A program made the position numbers and the translations under genes. Positions 1-10,365 of a stretch of DNA of 64,000 bases are shown piece after piece (the first letter of the stretch is position 1; each line of letters begins with the position of its first letter). The notes beneath the pieces were generated by a model. The model did not search any database, was not told where the DNA came from, and saw only the letters and a list, made by a program, of their open reading frames with translations. Location: sequence record NC_023688.1; one strand, given 5' to 3'.

Positions 1-2205
1 TTATTTTGCGATTTTTACGATATCAGCGGCAATAGTGTCTTTGACATCATAAATCTGATTCAGATACGCGATGATCAGCGGGTTATTTCTCTCGAATTCA
101 TGAACCTTGATATAAGCGCGGTCATGAGCTTCTTTTTCGAGACGACGAACAATAACATCCAGCGTTTCAACAGACTTAGTACCAACAAGCTTCGGTCTTG
201 CGTTAGCCATACGACTCATAAACAGACCGGTATCGCTACGCGAGCCAGTAGTACCACACAGATTGTCAGTCAGCGGTTTAGTAATCGTGTTAGATGCCAG
301 ACGGCTAATCCAACGCTCGTTTACAGTCACGCCAAAATCATCGTGAGTAAGATTATCGATCAATTTTGTGGTGTAGTCAACAATCATTTTCTCTTCGAGT
401 TGCTGAATATCGCTATTCTTATGAGCGCGAGCCCAATGTTGATTCTTGAACACATAGATCGTTTTCTTCTCAAGCTTTGACCACTCTTTGATAATACGTT
501 CATCAAAGGTATTCGCAGATTTCCAGCTCTCGTACTTGTCGCGAGTCTTACCGTTTTTCAGAGTCTCGGTTGTGATTGTCGGAGTAACAATGCGCAATGC
601 GCTATACTCGGTACCACACCAAAGAACATCTTTCAGATCATCGATATCCTCGACATACATCTGAACTTCTGACGAACCGCCGTTTTCGATCTTGATCACG
701 TTGGTTGCTTTGCCAGTACGCTTTTTGACTTGAGTATGACCAGCGTCTTTCATCGCTTTCAAGATTTCGGCGCGAACTTTCGACAACAGAATTACTTTAC
801 CCTTAGTGATACGCTTAGGGAAGTATTTCAGATATTCGATCATGTTTTCGCGATTCGCTTTACCGGTTTTCTTGCTCTTCGGATTTTTGTCATCAATCGG
901 AGCATCGGAGAATACGTCATAAACATACGCGCCGTCAACCGGGAATTTGTTCAGTCGATACAGACCGTACATTACTTCCGCTGCACCAGTTTTCATGTCG
1001 TTGATGATTATCGGTCTGAAATTAGCTCCAAAACTAACGTCATGACCACCGTGCCAACGCTGTTTTACCTTACGAACAGTACCAGCACTAACACTAGCAC
1101 GAACTACCGGCAGATCTGGATATGGTCGTTCAAAAGAGCTAAATTTCTGCTTCCAGTCTTTGATAGTCTTTTTGTGGAAGACTACATTTTGCACCATACG
1201 ATTCCAAACGTCAGTCGGGAATCGATTGATCAGTCGGGAATGAAGTTCGCGAATGTCTTTACACTTTGCAAACTCTTCCGCGATTTGATCGTCGTGAACT
1301 TTGTTCAGAATACGCATACGCTTTTGAATAGAAGCAATGGTTTCTGGGTCCAAACTCAGTTCTTCGCGGCTCGGGGTCATGTCCAGTTCGCCAATTTCGA
1401 AACGAACATAATAAACTTTACGAGAAGCGTAGAGTCCGATCATGCTATCGTTCCAATACTCACTGGGGATTGGATACACAACGCCACCCATTACAGCATA
1501 CACACCGTTGCTATGCATCGGACGGTTGCCATAAGAACCCTCGATGTGACAAATTCCGTCTTTGTCGAAGTTCAGATAGTTAACAGTAATCGGTTTGCCA
1601 ACGAAACGTGGGCGATAGATGTCGAAAGAGCAGAAAACACGTTTCGCTTCATCTTCCCAAGTATTCATGTCGTTAGACACCGGAACAGTTACTTCAACGC
1701 CAGTCGGCTCAGTAGTATCTTCCTCGTACATTTTCATGATCTGCGGCTCGCCGTTTTTCATGAATGCACTGAATACCATTTTCTTCCCACCGAACCAAGA
1801 AGTAACGGTGAAAGTATCAGTGTAAGCGAATGGAGACTTAGACCCCAGACCAAAACCACCGATTTCATCATTACTGTTTGCTTTGGTACTTGCAAAGTAG
1901 GTCGAATAAAGACCTTCGATGTCTTCTTGACACAAGCCAATGCCGTAATCGCGAACACTGAATTGTTGATTCAACATACTCGGCAGAGTAACGTCGAAAG
2001 TTGAACGAGGCTCAACGCCAGAACGTTTCAGAGCAATGTGACCATCTACCGCATTACAACACAGTTCGCGAATGATAGCGCGTTGCTTGTACTTATACAG
2101 CGAACTAGACAGAATCTTAAACGCTTTGGCACTAGCCAGAATCTTAAAGCCGGCGCTTTGTTCGATAGAGCCAAAAATCTCGGTTTCTTCTTGATGAATT
2201 CTCAC
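1..2205 (-). CDS. rIIA: RIIA lysis-inhibition/membrane protein (N-terminal GHKL/Hsp90-like ATPase domain)
   Basis: AIIRELCCNAVDG (motif I), VRDYGIGL, KANSNDEIGGFGLGSKSPFAY; 734 aa; T4-like position next to topoisomerase; GTG start. Confidence 0.92.
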   Translation of the reverse strand: MRIHQEETEIFGSIEQSAGFKILASAKAFKILSSSLYKYKQRAIIRELCCNAVDGHIALKRSGVEPRSTFDVTLPSMLNQQFSVRDYGIGLCQEDIEGLYSTYFASTKANSNDEIGGFGLGSKSPFAYTDTFTVTSWFGGKKMVFSAFMKNGEPQIMKMYEEDTTEPTGVEVTVPVSNDMNTWEDEAKRVFCSFDIYRPRFVGKPITVNYLNFDKDGICHIEGSYGNRPMHSNGVYAVMGGVVYPIPSEYWNDSMIGLYASRKVYYVRFEIGELDMTPSREELSLDPETIASIQKRMRILNKVHDDQIAEEFAKCKDIRELHSRLINRFPTDVWNRMVQNVVFHKKTIKDWKQKFSSFERPYPDLPVVRASVSAGTVRKVKQRWHGGHDVSFGANFRPIIINDMKTGAAEVMYGLYRLNKFPVDGAYVYDVFSDAPIDDKNPKSKKTGKANRENMIEYLKYFPKRITKGKVILLSKVRAEILKAMKDAGHTQVKKRTGKATNVIKIENGGSSEVQMYVEDIDDLKDVLWCGTEYSALRIVTPTITTETLKNGKTRDKYESWKSANTFDERIIKEWSKLEKKTIYVFKNQHWARAHKNSDIQQLEEKMIVDYTTKLIDNLTHDDFGVTVNERWISRLASNTITKPLTDNLCGTTGSRSDTGLFMSRMANARPKLVGTKSVETLDVIVRRLEKEAHDRAYIKVHEFERNNPLIIAYLNQIYDVKDTIAADIVKIAK

Positions 2206-2288
2206 AATTAAATCTCATTGTTGACATAATATATTTCTCACTCGATTTCAGAAAATGGCATGATTTCGAAGTCATGCCAACGGTTTAC

Positions 2289-2600
2289 TTACAGATACTC
2301 GTCAAACCAACGTTCGCCCAGCTCTTTCAGATCTACTTCGTGACCGAAGATCAGACGCAAGTTAGCAGTTTTTTCGGTGATCTCTTTTGTCTCGGCGAGC
2401 GAATCGCGAAACTTCTTGATCTCTTTCTTTACGCTATAAAGAACAAGAATGTTGTTCTCAGCACAGTAATCTTCCCACTCTTTGAACTTGTTGTCAATGA
2501 ATTTAATGAACTTTTCTCGCAAGAAAGTCATTTCGCCAACTTTAACGCAAGGGCTGATTTTCTTAGAAATATCACCCAGATTTTTGGTCAGATTACCCAT
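2289..2600 (-). CDS. Hypothetical protein
   Basis: 103-aa ORF in operon orientation, followed by hairpin TGGCATGA/TCATGCCA at about 2257-2279. Confidence 0.6.
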   Translation of the reverse strand: MGNLTKNLGDISKKISPCVKVGEMTFLREKFIKFIDNKFKEWEDYCAENNILVLYSVKKEIKKFRDSLAETKEITEKTANLRLIFGHEVDLKELGERWFDEYL

Positions 2601-3073
2601 TTTGAGTTCAGAGCCTTTTTTGTTGCTTTGTTAGCCATACGACGATTGTTGTAACGCTTATCGCCAGTCACTTCGTCACCGACCCATTCTGGGAGCGGGA
2701 GAATTTCTTCGTTTTCGTGTGCCAGTTCAATCTCGGCAACTTTCAATCCACTATACATTTCGGTAGTGAATGTGTCAAGCTCGATTTTGTGTTTACCGTG
2801 ACGATAGACGCTTCGTGTCTTAGTCAGGATTCCACCCGGACGATGTTTCATCCAGAAGAATTCGTAAACGAATTTCGGGATTCTGGTTTCCAGCTCAATC
2901 TTCTTGATTCCTTTACCGAATTTCATATTCCAGTAATAGGTAGTCAGACCGTGAACTTGCTTGCGAAACCGCATCTTACCGATATAGAACTGATCGATAT
3001 CCATACTATACATCGGAACGTCTTTGATTTCAACGTCTTTTACCAAGAACTTTCGTTCGATTTCGTGTAACAT
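2588..3073 (-). CDS. CYTH-domain (triphosphate tunnel metalloenzyme) protein
   Basis: EIERKFLV N-terminal ExExK-type motif, KTR, IELDTF, LKVAEIEL, PEWVGDEVTGDKRYNN; SD AAGGAG before MLHEIERK. Confidence 0.8.
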   Translation of the reverse strand: MLHEIERKFLVKDVEIKDVPMYSMDIDQFYIGKMRFRKQVHGLTTYYWNMKFGKGIKKIELETRIPKFVYEFFWMKHRPGGILTKTRSVYRHGKHKIELDTFTTEMYSGLKVAEIELAHENEEILPLPEWVGDEVTGDKRYNNRRMANKATKKALNSKWVI

Positions 3074-3127
3074 TGTACTCTCCTTTTTCAAACACAGATC
3101 ACAGTCTATACTTGAAAAAGGAGGGTG

Positions 3128-4972
3128 TCAACCCTCCTCCTCTTCATTTTCTACATCTTCGACATCAAAACCAAGCCATTGTTTGCGCTTGCGCTCGTCT
3201 TTGCCGAATAGCATTTCCAACAACTCTGGTGTTTTGGAATCTACAACTACTTGTTCCAGAACAAGATTTTCAATACATTGTTTGTATTCGCAATCGTCAC
3301 CTTCAACGGTCAAAGAACCAAGTCCCTTGATGTGTCGATGTGTCCACTTGCTATCGAATTTCTTAGCTCGGAATTCTTCGCGTGAATAGCTCCAATCAGT
3401 TTTCTTGCCATTAGTGCTGATGTATTCGGGTGTTCTAACGATGTAGATACGACCTTGTTCAAACCACTGTGGCCAATACTTGTAGAAAAACGCGATTGCC
3501 AGCATAGCGATAGAACCTTTACCGTCTTGATCGGCGTCAGTCATGATAGCGATATCGCTATATGCTGGTGCCTCTTTCGAGCGCAGATCTACGTTCAGAA
3601 TGCCAAGCAGTTCTGAGATCTCTTTGTTTTTCAATACTTCATGATCTGGCAGATCCCAGACGTTCAGCATTTTACCGCGCAACGGATAAGATCCTTGTGT
3701 TTCCTCATTACGAAAACGAGTAAACGGACCAATCGCTGAATCACCTTCTGCAAGAAACAGCATGGTTTTAACACGACCCATACCAGACGCTTTTACGTGC
3801 TTGGCAACGTTCGCTTTCTTTGCTTTCTTTTGTGCTTTGGTTGCGGCTGCTTTATCAGCGGCTTCCTTTTTAGCCAATGCGGATTCGATAATCGGATCAA
3901 TAACTTCCGGTGTTTTCAGCATCTTGCGAGCAAGTGCCTTATAATCCAGATTCATGTGATCTCTAATCTGACTCCACGGAGAACTCAATCGTTCTTTTGT
4001 TTGACCATCATATTTCGGCGCAATCAGATCACGAATGAACAAACCAATCAACAGACATTCTTTGATGCGAGCTTTTGGAATCTCGATCTTATGCTGACGC
4101 TTGATCATCGGAATCAATTCATCACTCAGACTGTCAATAATGCCAGTAACGTGATTACCGCCCTGCTTAGTGTGAACACCGTTAACAAAACTCAGTTGAC
4201 GGAATTCATCAGAGTTAGCGATAAACAAACTAACATTGTCATCGTTATGACTGATTACTTCACCAAATTGTGCAGCGAACTTGTTAAACTTGCTCTCAAC
4301 TTTCTTGCCATTATACTTGAAAGTGATCTGCGGGAAGTTCACAGCTAATGTGATCAGTCGAGATTGTATCACTTGCTCAAACTGATCGTCAAGCTGAAAC
4401 ACACCAAAACGTGTGAAATCTGGAACAAAAGTAACAACCGTGCCTTTGAACTTGCCTTCTTTGGTCGTGTAACTCACTTCATCAGCGTTGTTTGTGCAAC
4501 GTACAGTAACAACAGATTTACCGTTACCAGTTTCACCAACAAAGCTATCAGAGAAAAAGTTAGTCAGTGCAGAACCAACACCGTTTTTACCAATGGTCTT
4601 TCGATCAGCGGAGAAGTTTGAACCAGCGCGAGCGCGAGTCCAAGCAGCCAACGGCAACGGAACTTCATCACCTTCCGGAGTCTTTACAATTTGTTGAGGC
4701 AGACCGCGACCGTTATCCTTAACAGTTACCTGATTGTCCTTGATAAAAACTTCGATCTGATTGGCGTGTTCGAAACTGGTTCGAATCGCTTCATCCACAC
4801 AGTTATCGATTACTTCGTCGGTGATCTTGACTAGACCAGGGACATATGCATGTGGGACGAATTTACCATCAACAAGAACATCGTGAACTTCTGTAGAAAT
4901 TGCCCCGATATACATGTCGGTGTTAATAAGGCAGTGTTCTTTATCAGATAAAACTTTAAAATCTTGTGACAT
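3128..4972 (-). CDS. 39: DNA topoisomerase II large subunit (fused gp39+gp60)
   Basis: EVIDNCVDE, DNGRG, GKNGVGS ATPase motifs; TOPRIM LAEGDSA, PLRGK, IMTDADQDG, IKGLGSL in one 614-aa ORF. Confidence 0.96.
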   Translation of the reverse strand: MSQDFKVLSDKEHCLINTDMYIGAISTEVHDVLVDGKFVPHAYVPGLVKITDEVIDNCVDEAIRTSFEHANQIEVFIKDNQVTVKDNGRGLPQQIVKTPEGDEVPLPLAAWTRARAGSNFSADRKTIGKNGVGSALTNFFSDSFVGETGNGKSVVTVRCTNNADEVSYTTKEGKFKGTVVTFVPDFTRFGVFQLDDQFEQVIQSRLITLAVNFPQITFKYNGKKVESKFNKFAAQFGEVISHNDDNVSLFIANSDEFRQLSFVNGVHTKQGGNHVTGIIDSLSDELIPMIKRQHKIEIPKARIKECLLIGLFIRDLIAPKYDGQTKERLSSPWSQIRDHMNLDYKALARKMLKTPEVIDPIIESALAKKEAADKAAATKAQKKAKKANVAKHVKASGMGRVKTMLFLAEGDSAIGPFTRFRNEETQGSYPLRGKMLNVWDLPDHEVLKNKEISELLGILNVDLRSKEAPAYSDIAIMTDADQDGKGSIAMLAIAFFYKYWPQWFEQGRIYIVRTPEYISTNGKKTDWSYSREEFRAKKFDSKWTHRHIKGLGSLTVEGDDCEYKQCIENLVLEQVVVDSKTPELLEMLFGKDERKRKQWLGFDVEDVENEEEEG

Positions 4973-4985
4973 TGATACCTCTTAG

Positions 4986-5036
4986 ATGTGGAGTGTTTAG
5001 ACTCCACATTATACACAATAAACCTGTCAGATAAAC
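4986..5036 (-). promoter_or_regulatory. Early-type promoter with overlapping 9-bp inverted repeat
   Basis: Minus strand GTTTAT-17-TATAAT (5036-5031, 5013-5008); IR atgtggagt 4986-4994 / actccacat 5001-5009. Confidence 0.7.
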
Positions 5037-5537
5037 TTAGATTACCTGTTTCTTCCACTTTTCGTTCTTGCTGATCATCGCGGTAACGATCAGTTCGCGA
5101 GCTTTATCGGCAATGAGCGATTTGTCCGGCTTGCCGCCCATTTCTTTTGCCATCTTTTCGTATAGCTCAACATAGACCAGATCGATGCCGCTGATAATCA
5201 GATCTGCGATCTCACAGTGCAGCGGTTCTGGATGCTGCTTGTGCGGCTTGTTAATGACTGTAGCAGCCTCGCCAAGCTCTTCGGTGCACTTACCAAGTAC
5301 ATAGTGCTGACTACGTTCAACGGGTGCAATCTGAGACGTCTCAAGCACGTTGGCGATAGGGTCAATCGGGTTAATACTGTGAGCAGCATTCCAACCCATT
5401 ACCCAAGTATTCCAGCAACTACCACGAACAATGAATTGCTGGTCTTCGTTCAGATTTTCCCAGTTGTAAGCTTTCTGAAATTCTCGCTCGCATTCCATAC
5501 GATTTTTCGGAGCAAGACGAACATCAAGTGGAAACAT
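5037..5537 (-). CDS. MazG-like nucleotide pyrophosphohydrolase domain protein
   Basis: KCTEELGE...EIADLI acidic helix motifs of the all-alpha NTP-PPase family in the C-terminal half. Confidence 0.7.
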   Translation of the reverse strand: MFPLDVRLAPKNRMECEREFQKAYNWENLNEDQQFIVRGSCWNTWVMGWNAAHSINPIDPIANVLETSQIAPVERSQHYVLGKCTEELGEAATVINKPHKQHPEPLHCEIADLIISGIDLVYVELYEKMAKEMGGKPDKSLIADKARELIVTAMISKNEKWKKQVI

Positions 5538-5539
5538 TT

Positions 5540-5743
5540 TTAACCCTTAATAAAAGCGTGAGCACGTTTGTAGCTGGCAATGATACCCTCAACGCGAGCA
5601 GCGATGTCGATATCAGACGGTACTCGAAGATTCATAATAGCGCGATTAATAACTTCGCGTGAACTTTCGATCAGATTGTAAACAGTGCGATCCAGAGTGT
5701 CGATTTGTTTTTGCTCGAACTCGGTAAAAATTCTTTCTTCCAT
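5540..5743 (-). CDS. Hypothetical protein
   Basis: 67-aa ORF tightly packed in operon. Confidence 0.6.
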   Translation of the reverse strand: MEERIFTEFEQKQIDTLDRTVYNLIESSREVINRAIMNLRVPSDIDIAARVEGIIASYKRAHAFIKG

Positions 5744-5745
5744 TT

Positions 5746-5919
5746 TTATTGCTCCTCGGTGTATTCGGTACCAGCATCAGAAACGATTCGTTCTGCCAAT
5801 GCCTTACCTTCTTTGTTGTAGATTACGGTGGTCATTTCGCCAAAGCCATACGAAGTCCGCTCAAAAGCACCTTCGACACTAGCCAGGATCTCGTTATAAC
5901 GTACTTCGTTGATTTTCAT
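5746..5919 (-). CDS. Small hypothetical protein (57 aa, not in ORF track)
   Basis: Hand-translated MKINEVRYNEILASVEGAFERTSYGFGEMTT...EYTEEQ; SD GAGG; fills the gap exactly. Confidence 0.6.
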   Translation of the reverse strand: MKINEVRYNEILASVEGAFERTSYGFGEMTTVIYNKEGKALAERIVSDAGTEYTEEQ

Positions 5920-5921
5920 TT

Positions 5922-6602
5922 TTAGCCTCTTAAAATGGAATGTGGGTCAACATTATCGCCAGTCGGAATTTCTTCCAATCCCCAAGCATAACGCTTAGAA
6001 AAAATCAGCATTAAAATGTCCTTGGCGCAGTCATGTATACTATCATGTTTCACGAACCCGTCAAGTGTTCCCTTTGGTAAAGGACAAATTGTTTGCATTC
6101 TTGAACACAAGTTTTGTTCAATAGCTGTTCTGATGTCGCGTTGACGACTAAAGTTAACAGGCTGTTGAAAGATTGTATCGTCTTGCTCTAATGACTCGGA
6201 AAGCATGTCCTCGAACATAGGAAAGTCAAAGCTATTCCCACGACACCAAGCCAGTGATTTCCAGTAGTCAATTTTGAAATCTGGACGTCTGATATAATCA
6301 TAGAACTTTGCCATCCCATCATTGATATCAACATCTTCCGAACTCGGTTTCAAGTTCTTTTTCGCATCGAATTCTTGTGTCTTCCACCATTCGATTACAG
6401 ACTTCATTTTATGTCGATTTGACTGAGACTTCAAGTTAAATTTGATTTTAATTCCACGAGACACAAGCTCTTGAAAGCTGGGAGGATTTTGAATATCCTC
6501 CCGATAAACGATAGCAGATAAATCCACTATCGTCGCATTCGCTTTGTTACTCAGTGTCTCCATGTCGATGATATAATCATCGTACTCGGGGACTTGAATC
6601 AT
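5922..6602 (-). CDS. dexA: DexA 3'-5' exonuclease A (DEDDh)
   Basis: IIDMETL, WCRGNSFDFP, RDIRT, HDSIHDCAKD; 226 aa. Confidence 0.92.
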   Translation of the reverse strand: MIQVPEYDDYIIDMETLSNKANATIVDLSAIVYREDIQNPPSFQELVSRGIKIKFNLKSQSNRHKMKSVIEWWKTQEFDAKKNLKPSSEDVDINDGMAKFYDYIRRPDFKIDYWKSLAWCRGNSFDFPMFEDMLSESLEQDDTIFQQPVNFSRQRDIRTAIEQNLCSRMQTICPLPKGTLDGFVKHDSIHDCAKDILMLIFSKRYAWGLEEIPTGDNVDPHSILRG

Positions 6603-7099
6603 TTGGTGCCAGAACTCCCGAAACCAGCTTCACCGCGAACGGTTTCGCGTGAAAACTCGGTGACTTCTTCCAGCTTAAAGCCTTTCACATACAGATGGAA
6701 TACCATTTGCACAACGCGATCACCCGGAGAAATAGCCAGATCGCTTTCGCCTTCGTTACGCAGCTTGATCATGATCTCGCCGTGGAAATCGGAATCGATA
6801 ACACCAGCGGTATTAGCGAGACGGACATAATGCTTGAAACCCAGACCAGAGCGCGGCAGAATGCAGCCATAAACGCCAACATCCAAGAAGAATGACGCGA
6901 GATCAAGCGCACCGATGTCCATTTTCAGACCAGACGGAATTACGAGATCTTGACCGGGTTTCAGAACCACGGTTTCTTCTAGTGCGGCTCGCAGATCAAT
7001 ACCAGCAGCTTCGGCACTCTTGAACTCAGGCAGTTCCCATTCGTCGCGATAATGAGGAAGACGAATAACAGGGATATTTTTCATTAAATTTTTCTCCAT
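6599..7099 (-). CDS. dut: Trimeric dUTPase
   Basis: AAGIDL, ILPRSGLG, GVIDSDFHGEI, GDRVVQM, RGEAGFGSSG (motifs 1-5). Confidence 0.95.
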   Translation of the reverse strand: MEKNLMKNIPVIRLPHYRDEWELPEFKSAEAAGIDLRAALEETVVLKPGQDLVIPSGLKMDIGALDLASFFLDVGVYGCILPRSGLGFKHYVRLANTAGVIDSDFHGEIMIKLRNEGESDLAISPGDRVVQMVFHLYVKGFKLEEVTEFSRETVRGEAGFGSSGTK

Positions 7100-8118
7100 T
7101 CGGATAGTCTAAATTTAGCACTCAAACCAGAAACGATATTCTGCTTCAAATACTGTTCGATTTGTTCGGCAGTAGCGCCTTCATCTTTGATCATGTCATT
7201 GACGTCTTTTTTATACCAAGGACAATCTAACCACACGACCACTTTTTCGCCAGCGTCGATAAGCTTTTCAAGACGTTCTACCGTCTCTTTCGAACGTGGC
7301 TCATTGTCTAGTACCCATACGCGCTTATCTTTGAATGGTGCATCATTCAGATGCATAGAACCACCAACGATAGCCAACGAGTTGGGAATAAAAACACTAT
7401 CAATCGGACCCTCAAAGTAAAACACAGTTTTTTTACCGTCAACACGTTCCAGACCATAGATCTTGTTTGCGGTATCATCAGGTTTAACGGTCAAGTAACG
7501 TTGATTTTTGTCAACATTGCCTAACGCTCGACCTTGAATACAGCTAATAGAACCATCAGCATTATGAATCGGGATAACTAAACGATATTCCTTTTCAACG
7601 TGCTTGTATGTCTCTGGCTTAATGTGATTACTCAGAGCTTTCCAATTGTCTGTGAAATAGAACAATTCTAGTTTATCTTTCGGCAAACAGCGACTAAGCA
7701 TGTAGCGAACGACTGGATGATCTTCTCTCAGTTCAGATAGTTTAACACAATACGGCAGTTCGCAAACAGATTTTTGTTCTTTTTTCTCAAGTTTTGAGCC
7801 AAGATTTAAGTTGACTTCTTGGCGCTTAGGACGTTCGTTGTCTTTGTACTTCTCTTTGATGTATTCACGATAAAGCTCCTCATGATACATCTGAAGATAT
7901 AGCGTGAACGGCAATTGTTTGCCACAGTTGAAGCAACCATACCAAACTTGACCTTCTCGCTCATAGAACCAACCACGAGATTTATACTTGTCTTTCATCG
8001 AGTCGCCGCAGATGTGACAACGAAAGTTGTATTTGATCTCATGCGCTCGACTGTGATCCGAAAACATTGGCAACACAAATGCTATCTGATGTGCCATATG
8101 ACGCTGTAAGTATAACAA
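7084..8118 (-). CDS. 61: DNA primase gp61
   Basis: FRCHICGDS...GCFNC zinc ribbon, QGRAL, FEGPIDSVF, VLDNEPR, KDVNDM; TTG start with SD GGAG. Confidence 0.96.
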   Translation of the reverse strand: MLYLQRHMAHQIAFVLPMFSDHSRAHEIKYNFRCHICGDSMKDKYKSRGWFYEREGQVWYGCFNCGKQLPFTLYLQMYHEELYREYIKEKYKDNERPKRQEVNLNLGSKLEKKEQKSVCELPYCVKLSELREDHPVVRYMLSRCLPKDKLELFYFTDNWKALSNHIKPETYKHVEKEYRLVIPIHNADGSISCIQGRALGNVDKNQRYLTVKPDDTANKIYGLERVDGKKTVFYFEGPIDSVFIPNSLAIVGGSMHLNDAPFKDKRVWVLDNEPRSKETVERLEKLIDAGEKVVVWLDCPWYKKDVNDMIKDEGATAEQIEQYLKQNIVSGLSAKFRLSEWRKI

Positions 8119-8161
8119 TGAGTTTCTCCAAATAAAAATGCCTCAATCAAGAGGCATTATG

Positions 8162-8635
8162 TCATTCGGTCTTAGATTTTGCAACCTTTTTCTTACCCAT
8201 ATTATCGGGTCCTTTATCGGTCACACTACCAGACTTCGCACCGGTTGCAATCGCGGTTGCATCGCCACCACAATCGCCACCTACCATTTCGATAAGCTTG
8301 TGCAGATCGCTATTTTCTTCACACTCGGTTAGAGGCATCATAGAGAGATCTGGCTCGCCATACTCTTTGATAATAGCATTCCAGCCCATTTTCAGAGCAA
8401 GAGCACTTGTACCAAATCCACCACTGAATCGCTGAATTGTCTGTTTTAGACTGCGAACCATGCTATGAAATTTTGTATAATGAGATTTCTCTTTCGGTGT
8501 CTCGGGTTTTCGCAAAACGTTCCCTTGATCATCGATGATACCTAGCTTGTGTGCTTCCCATTTCGCAAACGATTTGCCAAGTAGAGTCGCCAGTCTGTAT
8601 GCATAGACTGCATCCATTATTGATTTTGCACTCAT
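8162..8635 (-). CDS. 61.1: Conserved T4-like gp61.1 protein
   Basis: AYRLATLL..F..WEAHKLGIID..GNVLRKP..YTKFH motif; position between 41 and 61. Confidence 0.75.
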   Translation of the reverse strand: MSAKSIMDAVYAYRLATLLGKSFAKWEAHKLGIIDDQGNVLRKPETPKEKSHYTKFHSMVRSLKQTIQRFSGGFGTSALALKMGWNAIIKEYGEPDLSMMPLTECEENSDLHKLIEMVGGDCGGDATAIATGAKSGSVTDKGPDNMGKKKVAKSKTE

Positions 8636-8651
8636 AAAACCTCCAAAATCT

Positions 8652-8659
8652 TATTTATG
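8652..8659 (-). promoter_or_regulatory. Possible late (gp55) promoter upstream of 61.1
   Basis: CATAAATA on minus strand, one mismatch to T4 TATAAATA, just upstream of SD GGAGG. Confidence 0.5.
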
Positions 8660-8668
8660 AAAAGGGGA

Positions 8669-10123
8669 TTAAATCCCCCATTCAGCATCGTCTCCGATAT
8701 TCATATTCGCAAGCTGATCCATCTTATTACGAGTGCTCAGATCTTTGGCTTGAGCGACGTTTTCCTTGTGCGCTTGTTGAACTCTGGAACTGGCATCATC
8801 CAGATTACCACCAAAGTTACCATCTGGTTCAGACCATCGTTGTTTACCCTTATTAACACAAAGATTAAATCGTGTAAACTTGTTCTTGTCGCCATATCGA
8901 GATTTGATCTGTTTGAACAATTGTTGCTCGATCTCAGCGAGTTCTTCGGTTTCCATCGCAGCCAGAATAAAGTCAGCAGTAGCCGCAAGACCGGCAGATT
9001 CTGCAATGTCCGACATACTGATATCAGAACTGTCCCAACCACCGCGAGTGGTTTGAGCAGCAGACCAAACAACCACATTATGCTCTACCGCAAAGCCTCG
9101 CAGCTCCTCAGCGATTGCCTTTACCAATGTATAGCTGTTCTCGGAAAACGTGGTCATACGCTTTGAGCACATGATACCGAGATAGTCCACGATAACGATG
9201 TCTGGTTTGAAACCTTTCTTGATCTGCAAGTCTGCCATCAAGTTGTTCAAATGGTTGACGTTAGCCGCACCAGTTGGGAATTGCTTGACAACAAGCTTAC
9301 CGCAGTTCTTTTGTTTCAGATTGCCGAAACGACGCATAAAATCGGTTTCGGTGATCAGACCGTCGTCAATATCATCAAGTGTGACGTCCAGCAAGTTAGC
9401 ATCGATACGCTTACCGCAAACCTCTTCACCCATTTCCATTGAGACGTAAAGCACGTTATAACCTTGTAACAGATACTCACATGCTAAGTGACACAGACCC
9501 AGAGACTTACCAACGTTAACACCAGCAAGAATCAAGTTCAGTGTCTTACGTTCGACACCGCCTTTTGTGATCGTGTTCAGAATTTTGGTCATGAACGAGA
9601 TCTTTTTGGTCTTCATGCGATAGCTTTGAAAACGTTGTTCGACGTCATCAAAGTAATCATGACCAATCGCGAGATTAAACGCAACAGCTAAAGCGTTTTT
9701 CATGAGATCGGGAATAACACCGATATCAGGAATCTTTTTGTCTCGTTCATCGAGTGGCTTGGCATGATTTTCCTGAATACGAATTGCCTCGGACAGAGCA
9801 TTATTCATCGCTCGTTCTTGACAATACTTCTCAGTTTCTGCCATCAACCACGCTAGATCTTCGGGAACACCAATCAGCTCACCGATACCACCATAAGCTT
9901 CATCAAACTCGATCTGAGAAATACCACTACGCTTTTCAAGAGCAATCACCAGCGCGTTATGAGTTGGGATTGTCTTGTAGTTATCATAATGCTTTTTGAT
10001 CAGGTCGAAAATGATACGAATCGGACCTCTCGGGAAGTATTCCGATTTTAAGAATGGGAAGACTTGACGAAAGTATTCCTCAGAAACGAGGAGATTCGTG
10101 AGAATAGATTGTTCGATTGACAT
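8669..10123 (-). CDS. 41: Replicative DNA helicase gp41
   Basis: LILAGVNVGKSL Walker A, YVSMEM, IVDYLGI, AAQTTRGG, ESAGLAATADF, KSRYGD. Confidence 0.97.
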   Translation of the reverse strand: MSIEQSILTNLLVSEEYFRQVFPFLKSEYFPRGPIRIIFDLIKKHYDNYKTIPTHNALVIALEKRSGISQIEFDEAYGGIGELIGVPEDLAWLMAETEKYCQERAMNNALSEAIRIQENHAKPLDERDKKIPDIGVIPDLMKNALAVAFNLAIGHDYFDDVEQRFQSYRMKTKKISFMTKILNTITKGGVERKTLNLILAGVNVGKSLGLCHLACEYLLQGYNVLYVSMEMGEEVCGKRIDANLLDVTLDDIDDGLITETDFMRRFGNLKQKNCGKLVVKQFPTGAANVNHLNNLMADLQIKKGFKPDIVIVDYLGIMCSKRMTTFSENSYTLVKAIAEELRGFAVEHNVVVWSAAQTTRGGWDSSDISMSDIAESAGLAATADFILAAMETEELAEIEQQLFKQIKSRYGDKNKFTRFNLCVNKGKQRWSEPDGNFGGNLDDASSRVQQAHKENVAQAKDLSTRNKMDQLANMNIGDDAEWGI

Positions 10124-10365
10124 TCTTTTCCTTCTTTGATTTGCGCTTGTATAGCGGCTTGAACATGTTTGAATAATTCATCTTTCATTATCTCTTCTTC
10201 ACTATGAGGGGTGGACCAGTCGATGTGAACTCGTCCTTCGTTGTACGTCAGATCGTGAATATACGCGATAAAGGGCTCGCCGTCAACTAAAACAACAAGC
10301 TCTTGTTTGATGTCTTTTAGCGCCTCGTCTAAAACGTCTCGATAATTTCTTTCTTTGGTTTCCAT
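10048..10365 (-). CDS. 40: Head vertex assembly chaperone gp40
   Basis: KQELVVL.DGEPFIAYIHDL...IDWST motif; canonical position before 41. Confidence 0.8.
   Translation of the reverse strand: METKERNYRDVLDEALKDIKQELVVLVDGEPFIAYIHDLTYNEGRVHIDWSTPHSEEEIMKDELFKHVQAAIQAQIKEGKECQSNNLFSRISSFLRNTFVKSSHS

Noticed and set aside
730-2004. Long plus-strand ORFs (e.g. 730-2004, 16376-17656, 41411-42703, 52921-53649)
   Set aside because: Antisense shadows of well-supported minus-strand genes; no SD, no motifs, atypical composition.
3128-4972. T4 gene 60-type ribosomal bypass
   Set aside because: The topoisomerase reads as a single uninterrupted frame containing both 39 and 60 motifs.
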